In this document: one piece after another, positions 55,990 to 64,000 of the stretch
Position numbering within the stretch: the stretch's first letter is position 1
How the letters are laid out: the number at the start of each line of letters is the position of its first letter
From: Eledone cirrhosa
Lineage: Eukaryota
NCBI GenBank assembly: GCA_964016885.1
Contig: CAXHJY010000834.1
Coordinates: 248,001-312,000, forward strand
Length of the DNA stretch: 64,000 nt
Direction: 5' to 3'
Position numbers and translations under genes: made by a program
The notes under the pieces: generated by a model
Databases searched by the model: none
What the model saw: the letters and a program-made list of their open reading frames with translations, nothing else
What the model was told of the DNA's origin: nothing

Positions 55990-56960
55990 CTACCGGTTTT
56001 TTTACCATCTCTTTACCTGGACTTATTTTTGGCTAAGAACTTCTCTTGTAGTTGCCTCACTAAAAAGAGGGCATCTGTTGTACTTTTCCCAGACATGAAA
56101 CCAAACTGCATCTCATCTAATTTGACTCTTTCTCTAATTAGTTGTGCTATAAATCTTTCCATTACTTTCATAACTTGGTCCATTAGTTTTATTCCTCTGT
56201 AGTTGTTCCTTTCTAGAGTATCGCTTTTGCTCTTGTAGCAATTTATGATTGTACTGCTGCACCAGTCACTGGGTATGACTCCGTCCTGTATTGCCTGATT
56301 GACTATGTGCGTTACTAGTTTGACTCCTACTTCTCCTGATGCTTTTAAACATCTCAGCAGCTATCCCTGATGGTCCTGCAGCTTTACCATTTTTCATTTC
56401 TTTGATTGCTTCTTTAACCTTATAACTGTCAACTTTAATGGCTGGCCCTTCCATTGGGTGTGTTGGGGGTAGTTTTGTTTCCTCCCATTCGTTCTCTATA
56501 TTCATCAGTCTCTCATAGTAACATTTCTAGGCCTCTTTCTTTTGAGCATCAGTGGTGTTAAATACACCAGTGTTGTTTCTAACACACACTTCCCCAACAA
56601 TATCACAATTCACACTGACACACTGCCTTGCAATGCAGAACACTTTGCATCTCTGATCCTCATGTCACAGGACATTAACGAACTTTCTTGTCATCATTGT
56701 GTATACTTATCATCTAGCTCCTCTCTTAGTCACCATTTTTCCAGTTTTTCCAAGCCTGTCTGAGCCGTTCCACCACCAGGTCACCCTCAGTCTGGATGGT
56801 GCTCTATTCCAGCCACAAGTCATGTCGGTAGTTTGCAAAAGGTTGTCACATAAAAATTTCTAGTTGTCCTCTACATCATAGGCATCTAGCTCGTCACTTC
56901 TCTCATCTGTAGGGCCTTTCTAAACTTATATTTAACCAAAAGATCTTTTAGCTTCCAGTG
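55990..56960 (-). mobile_element. Decayed RTE-clade LINE internal fragment
   Basis: VKEAIKEMKNGKAAGPSG, NYRGIKLMDQVMKVMER, QFGFMSGKSTTDALF. Confidence 0.82.
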
Positions 56961-56974
56961 TAAAAGACACGGCA

Positions 56975-57160
56975 AAAAGCATCCAGCACACACTATCAAT
57001 GTGGTTGGCGTTAGGAAGGGCATCCTACCATAGAAAACCAGCCAGAAACTCTTCTATATGAGCAAGTCATGGTCATCCAACCCAATTTGCCTCTAAATGG
57101 GACAAATGCGTCTAACCCATGCTAGCGTGGAAGATAGACGTTGATCGATGATGATGATGT
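56975..57160 (+). mobile_element. SINE/RTE-related 3' repeat with a (GAT)n tail
   Basis: GGTTGGCGTTAGGAAGGGCATCC...AACCCATGCTAGC...GATGATGATG. A diverged copy lies at about 62733-62892. Confidence 0.6.
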
Positions 57161-57565
57161 CTTGTTAATATGAGATGAGGTGGCTGGCTGGTTTCCTGAA
57201 ATTTATGTTGCAAATGGTTAGTTTATTTGCATCACAGAATTCCAGGAGCCTCTTCATTTCTTGAGCCATAGTCATAGCCACCATGAACTCCACTGAATCT
57301 GTCCTGGTACTATGCCATATGTTCATAGAACCTGTCTTTTTCGACTGATGATTGAGTGGCTTATCTTATGGTGCCTTCTATTTACCATTTCTCTTGCATT
57401 CATGAAATAGCTGTATAGAAATATTGAAATTTCGGCATTTTACCATATTTAAGTAAGTTTTTTTACTATCTGATTTGGAAATAATCAGAATCTTACCATC
57501 TATGTAAGTTCTTTGACTTGGTATCTGATCTTTTTCTTTTTTTTTTGGGGGGGGGGGGGGGGCAA

Positions 57566-57658
<93 letters not shown>

Positions 57659-58038
57659 TCTCTCAGATATTTTTATGTCATTGTGTTTACATAATTGTAC
57701 AAACACACATATTATGTTGATACCTTTGTCTAGACAATTTCTTACCCTTGAATTATTGTATATATATATATAAATTTACATGTATGTACTAACTCAATTT
57801 TATCTCTTTTATTGCAGTTCTTCCAAAGCTGACAGTTCCACAAGCAATGTTACTCTAAGAAAGTAACTGTCACCCAATATATCTGCTGCACCTTTACTGG
57901 ACACATGTTACCTAGCTGCCTGGCTGCACATTCACACATTATGGACCGGGAGTTCAAATCATTGGTTTTCGCACTCATTCTACAAAGGAGGTATTCCTAG
58001 TTGAATATACATATATATATACATATATATATATATAC

Positions 58039-58102
<64 letters not shown>

Positions 58103-58153
58103 TATATATATACATATATATATAGTGTATATATATATATACATATATATATA

Positions 58154-58189
<36 letters not shown>

Positions 58190-58348
58190 CGTATATATGT
58201 ATATGTATATATGGATATCTATATATCTATATGAAAATACATCTTTTGTTTGTAGTGAGAAGAACAGGTCTGTCTGGAAGAGATCCCTCCCTCTCAAGTG
58301 GTTAAGTGATCAGTGGAAGAACCGCCAAAGATTGAATAATCACATATC

Positions 58349-59704
58349 ATGAAAAAAACTCCACGGTGTGATATTTGTGGCAAAGTGTTCTCCCGCCGAG
58401 ACAACCTTGAGAGGCATAAGGCTACACACCAAGGAACCAAGCTCTTCACCTGTGAAGTGTGTAGTAAGCATTTTTCGCGTAAGTCCTACCTGAAGGTCCA
58501 CCGAAGGATCCATACGGGCGAAAGACCATACAAGTGCCCAACGTGCAGTTACGTGTTCAGCCGACACGACCACCTGGCTACTCACCTGTCAACCCACCAG
58601 GACCACCGACTTTACACCTGTGATGTCTGTTGCAAAGCGTTCAGTCGGCGTTCCTACCTCGACGTGCACAAACGTATCCATACTGGAGAGAGACCTTACA
58701 AGTGCTCTACATGTGGCTATGCATTCAGTCGCAATGACCACTTGGTCAGCCACTTGCGCACACACCAGGGCCTCAAGCTGTTCACATGCGATGTCTGCTG
58801 CAAGGCATTCAGTCGCCGTTCCTATTTGAAAGTGCACAAACGCATCCATACTGGTGAACGGCCATTCAAGTGCACAATCTGTGGATATGCATTTGCTCGT
58901 AACGACCATCTGCAGAACCATAACAAACCGAACAAAGGCATGAGAAAGATCAGTTGCGTACCACAAGGGCATCTACTGCAGCAGATGCAGCATGGAGACT
59001 TGCAACATCCGACTGAAGTTGTGGGATGTGACATCAATGGCAAACACATGGGAGAACATGACGAAGAGGAAGACGGAGATGAGGAAGAAGAAGATGACTT
59101 AGGGATAGCAGATGAGCTGGTAGGAGGAGGCATGATTGTAGGAGGAGAAGAAAGAGAAGATCTGGAAGAAGAAGAGGAGGAAGAAGAAACAGCAGGAGGA
59201 GATGAACTAGGCATAGGAGAAGAAGGAATCGGTGGAGAGATGTTACAACAACATCAGGAGGAAGAGATAGAACAGAGAGAAGAGACCCTGGGTGGGGATT
59301 GTGGTAGTCTCATCACTCATCCACAAATTACAACGTTGGTGTGTCACCAACCGGACCTTACAACTGCAGCCACCCTGTCAGCAGCCATTGGTGATGAGGA
59401 AGACCAACAACAACAACAGCTGGCTGTTGCCAGCGCTACAATGGTAGATCCCACCACCCAACACCTTCACCCCGCTGTCATGGCCACCGCTGCTGTCACA
59501 ACTGCAGGTACCACCACCACCTTGATGTACCCAATAACTCAGATCTTCCCGACAATCCAGATGTCGGCAACGGCCACACAAATTTTCCCCACCATCCAAA
59601 TGTTTCCATTGACCACCCAACTATCTGCTGACAGTACCCAACTCAATCTCACCAACCACCACACGGCCGTGGCACACAAGATCAATGGTTCCATTACCAC
59701 CTAA
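58349..59704 (+). CDS. C2H2 zinc-finger protein (6 complete fingers and 1 degenerate), with an acidic region and a Gln/Thr/Ala-rich C-terminus
   Basis: 451-aa intact ORF with C-X2-C-X12-H-X3-H repeats and TGERPY/F linkers. An in-frame TAA at 58337 supports this ATG. Candidate splice acceptors at 57817 and 58255 suggest non-coding upstream exons. Confidence 0.95.
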   Translation: MKKTPRCDICGKVFSRRDNLERHKATHQGTKLFTCEVCSKHFSRKSYLKVHRRIHTGERPYKCPTCSYVFSRHDHLATHLSTHQDHRLYTCDVCCKAFSRRSYLDVHKRIHTGERPYKCSTCGYAFSRNDHLVSHLRTHQGLKLFTCDVCCKAFSRRSYLKVHKRIHTGERPFKCTICGYAFARNDHLQNHNKPNKGMRKISCVPQGHLLQQMQHGDLQHPTEVVGCDINGKHMGEHDEEEDGDEEEEDDLGIADELVGGGMIVGGEEREDLEEEEEEEETAGGDELGIGEEGIGGEMLQQHQEEEIEQREETLGGDCGSLITHPQITTLVCHQPDLTTAATLSAAIGDEEDQQQQQLAVASATMVDPTTQHLHPAVMATAAVTTAGTTTTLMYPITQIFPTIQMSATATQIFPTIQMFPLTTQLSADSTQLNLTNHHTAVAHKINGSITT

Positions 59705-60313
59705 ACCTTTCTTCCTCTTCATTCTCCTCCTCCTCCTCCTTCCCCCTTAACCCTACATAGACAACAACAACAACAACAACAACAACACCTACGAAAGCAA
59801 TAATTTTTATATACATGCATACATGGATATGAATGCATGTATACACACATACCAAACATATGTACCCATAATACAAATTTTCTTTTAAAAAAACTAGATA
59901 CTGATTAAGAATTCCAAACATATATACATACCTCAGTTAGTATCAGCAATGGTAAGATCAATGGAAACATTGTTTCCTTGGTCCATTCTGTCAATCAGCT
60001 CCTCTTTTTTCTTTTGTGTATATATATATATTGTAAATAGTTATTGCCCTACAGCTGAGCTCATGCTGTTTTGATGGGCACTAGCTATTTACAATAACTA
60101 CATTCTACTTTCCCAAGTATTGGGTACTTAGCTGAACATGGTTTTACTAGTCTAAACTGGTAACTCCGTATCTCTTTCTATATATATATATGACCCAATG
60201 CTCCCCTCAACCCCAAATATAATTCCCTCACTCTATAACTCCATGTAGACCTTAGTCATTGTTTTAAAACAAAACCCACCACCACTACCACCACCACTAC
60301 CACCACCACTACC

Positions 60314-60363
<50 letters not shown>

Positions 60364-61339
60364 CTCTGGGTTAGGGAAAATGAAATAACTGTTTTTATTT
60401 TGTTAGGGACCGCTCTCTTTCACACTCAACACCATACCCTGAAGGGTCCTTTATCTTTACATACTCTAACGTTGGTCACTTTAGTCTCTCTCTCGTCTCT
60501 AGTTTACTTTACTGGTGCTGATGATTATAAGGGACTAACCCTTTTCATACCAAGCCAGCCAAAACCAGCTCTGTTTCGTTCTGTGAAACAAAACAATCCA
60601 TTTTATAGAGTTCCTATTTAACCCTTTTTATAACCATGCTAAAATTGGCTCTGGTTCTATGAAATAAAATACCCATTTTAATGGATTCTTATTTAAATTA
60701 ATATTTTACAGCATAATTTCATATAAGAACCATGTTAAATTATTATCTTAGTAATGAAATAATTAATAATTATAGTAAATCTTTTAAAAGTCTTCTTTAA
60801 TTAATTGAAATAGTGTGTATTTCATTAGAAATAGGATCACAAAAGGGTTTCTAATAAATCCGAACCAAATTTTGACCATAGTAGATTTTCTCTTTCACTC
60901 AGATATTCTCTCTTTCATAATACTCTTTCTCTCTCCCACTCTCTGCCACACATATTCTCTCTCTCTCACTTTCCCTCTTACACACACACTCTCTCTCTTT
61001 CTCTCTCTCTAGTCCACTGTTATACTATTGCTGGTTAGTCAACAGTTAATGTCTGTTTTATCTAACACCTGCTGCTAATAAATATAGATTTTTCATCCCC
61101 ATCTCCTAACCTTTTACCTATATAGGCTCATTGGTTCACTAGTACTCTGAAACTTTATTAAATAGTAAACAAATATCTCTTGGATAAACACCCTACTATT
61201 ATAAATAATGAAAAGACGCATTAAAAAACATATTACTATGGGATGGTCATGGCGGGAATGCCTTTTGTAATAGGTTCATTCAATTGAGGTTGATCTGGAT
61301 CTAAACTACAAAAACATACTTTCCTTACTACTACAACCC

Positions 61340-61795
61340 TTTGTACCCTAAATAAAGACATCTTACTATATTTCTTCCCAAATATAGTCATCTCCCCATA
61401 TTTCTTCATCAATTCTACCCTACTATACCCTAGATAATCCATCTCCACATATATCTTCGCCAATCCAGCTCGACTATATCCTAAATATAGACTTTTCCCA
61501 TATTTCTGCTACAATCCAGCCCCACTATACCCTAAATATATCCATCTCCCTATATTCCTTCACCAATCCAACCCCACTTTACCCTAAATATACCCATATC
61601 CCCATATTTATTCCCCAATCTAAACCCACTGTACACTAAATATAGCCATCACCCTTTATTTCTTCACCAATCCAGCCCTACACTACCCTAAACAAAGCCA
61701 TCTCCCTATATTTCACTAATCCAGCCCTTTGTACACTAAATATAGCCATCCTATATTTCACCAATCCAGCTCTACTTTACCTTAAATATAGCCCA
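61340..61795. repeat. Degenerate about 51-bp minisatellite, about 9 copies
   Basis: Recurring CTAAATATAGCCATCTCCCCATATTTCTTCACCAATCCAGCCCCACTATACC-like unit. Confidence 0.85.
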
Positions 61796-61936
61796 AAAAA
61801 TATTCTCTTTTTCTCACTGTTTCCAAGGTCCTAACACTAACCAGTACAACTGTGTACACACTCTGTCAAAAGTTTGACCAGTTGACCAATATAAAAGCAA
61901 TGTACTAACTTCTCCTTCCTCAGTCATCCCATATAG

Positions 61937-62260
61937 CAGTGGTCCCTAACTTTTCCTCTACTAAGGAATCTTTTTATTCAAATGAATTTTCCCATGGGAC
62001 CCCTAATCTCTATTACCTTCACTCCTCTCTTAGATTGTTATACAAAGAGAATAGCAATCAAAAGAGAGAAATATTTACACCTAGAGAAGAATAGATACTT
62101 AATAGTGTGTATATATCATGTTTATAACAAAGTACTTGAAAAATTGAACCTAGCTCACAGAACTTCAGTACTACCTTTATGGAGATCCAGGGGTTTAAGG
62201 ACCTCAGTAGTAAGTTTTCCAAGCCCGTGGGATCTGCAGATCCTAGGTTGGTAACCACTG
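61937..62260. mobile_element. Older hAT-Charlie-type MITE (324 bp)
   Basis: TIRs CAGTGGTCCCTAAC / GTTGGTAACCACTG. Degenerate 8-bp TSD CCATATAG / CTGTATAG. Confidence 0.7.
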
Positions 62261-62666
62261 CTGTATAGTCATCAGTATATGCAGCTCTTCTCTTTCTCTT
62301 TTGTCCTAGTCCTGCGATTGACCAGTTGAGTAGCACTTCACCCTTTTTCTCTATATCCTTCAACAACCAACCTCTAACCAGTGTATGTCCCTAGATAATA
62401 TTGCTCGCAAAAACTGTGGGCCTTATATTGAATTGACAAATCACGAGGGACTCTCTAAGGTCTGGGCAGTAGTTTATGTGGTTGTGGTTCTGAAATGGTT
62501 GTGATACCACTGCACCAGATATTACTACATTGGTTGGTGGCATTTGGTTTGTGAGGGGTTGGGGGCTATAGGGCTGGGGTTGGTCACTTGTTTAGTGTAG
62601 AATACACTGCATTAAAAATGTTGGAATTCTTTTTTTATTATATATATGTACACACACGTATATATA

Positions 62667-62705
<39 letters not shown>

Positions 62706-62898
62706 TCATGATAAAATGGTCCCAGGAGACACTGTAAAGTGGTTGGCTTTGGGAAGGGCTGTAGAAACCAAGCCAAAAATAGAGTGTATGAGCAGGATAT
62801 GATCACCTGACCTGCCTAGTCTCACAACGTAACAGTCAATCTAACCCATGCAGCATTAAAATAGATGTAAGAAGGTGATGATGATGATGATGAATATG

Positions 62899-62992
<94 letters not shown>

Positions 62993-63144
62993 ACGTGTGT
63001 GTGCCTGTTGATATATATATATAGACACTTATACTTCATGCTGCTGCACATGTTAATTCATCTAAATACAGAGCATTTAATACAAAAGGGCTCAATGAAC
63101 AACAGTTCTAAATATATATTAATATTAAACTATGACAACAGTGT

Positions 63145-63335
63145 TGAATTGATAGAATTGGTAGACTACAGTATTTGTTCAAGCACTTTATATTCTGAGT
63201 TCAAATCTTGCCAAGGTCAACTTGCCTCTCATTCTTCCAGGGTCGATAAAATAAAGTACCAGTAAGGTTGATTTAATCAACTTTACTCTTCCCCAAAAAT
63301 TTGCTGGCCTTGTGTCTAAATTAGAAATCAATATT
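63145..63335 (+). mobile_element. Diverged SINE (same family as 39321); further fragments at about 63475-63640 and 34010-34100
   Basis: CTGAGTTCAAATC...GGTCGATAAAATAAAGTACCAGT...GCTGGCCTTGTG. Confidence 0.75.
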
Positions 63336-63952
63336 AGATGACAACTTCTGTGTGAAAAGTGGAACAGAAAAAAAGCAATACTGAACAGTCAACACAAATT
63401 AGATGTATGTATGCATTAAATTTTTTCTTGTCTGTGTATGCAAGGCTTTGTATTTCTTCCAGTTCTCTGTTCCCTGAGTTCAGATCCCACTAAAGTCAAC
63501 TTTGTTTTTCATCCTTTCAGGGTTGATAAATAATAAAGTACCCAATCCAGGGGTGGTAGATTAGCAGAATTGTTAAAGAGCTGGATAGGATGCTTTGCAA
63601 TATCTGATCATGCTCTGTGCATTCTGAATTCAAATCCTGTCTCCTTCTGCCAGATGTTGGGACTATCAGATAGTATCAGTTGACAAACAGGTTTCACTCC
63701 TCCTATTTCCTTCATATTTGAATGGTTAGCAATAAAAAAAAAAAAGGGCAGGGATCATCCAGGTGTTAAATAATACACCCCCACTCCACCCTCACCTAGA
63801 CATACAAATCATAGAAACAGATACATGTGATTGAGTAATACATCTAAATGTCCATGCATTCATGTGTCTGCGTATATGTATGCCTATATATACTCTTTTA
63901 CTCTTTTACCTGTTCCAGTCATCCGGCTGAGGCCATGCTGGGGCACCGCCCT

Positions 63953-64000
<48 letters not shown>

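Noticed and set aside
58349-58950. ZF protein binding the adjacent 38-bp satellite or the TTAGGG telomere repeat
   Set aside because: Arg at position -1 in every finger predicts G at every third base. Neither sequence fits in any frame by inspection.

Overview
Eukaryotic, repeat-saturated animal DNA. The dense (TA)n microsatellites, tRNA-headed SINEs and single-exon C2H2 gene suggest an octopus or other cephalopod, but that is an inference. Bases 1-26860 are a 38-bp satellite of about 700 copies with higher-order structure and a 42-bp variant at its edge. The rest is a mosaic of decayed RTE, Penelope-like (PLE) and Tx1/L1-like retrotransposons, SINEs and two hAT-Charlie-type MITEs, plus one intact host gene (451-aa C2H2 zinc-finger protein, 58349-59704). 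The most striking unannotated signal is a set of about ten type I hammerhead-ribozyme (HHR) motifs, folded by eye. Many sit in short non-coding palindromic elements inserted in (TA)n tracts, with both ribozyme-bearing arms pointing outward. In three cases the fold-back point coincides with the predicted ribozyme stem II. All RNA structures and alignments were read manually and need computational confirmation.
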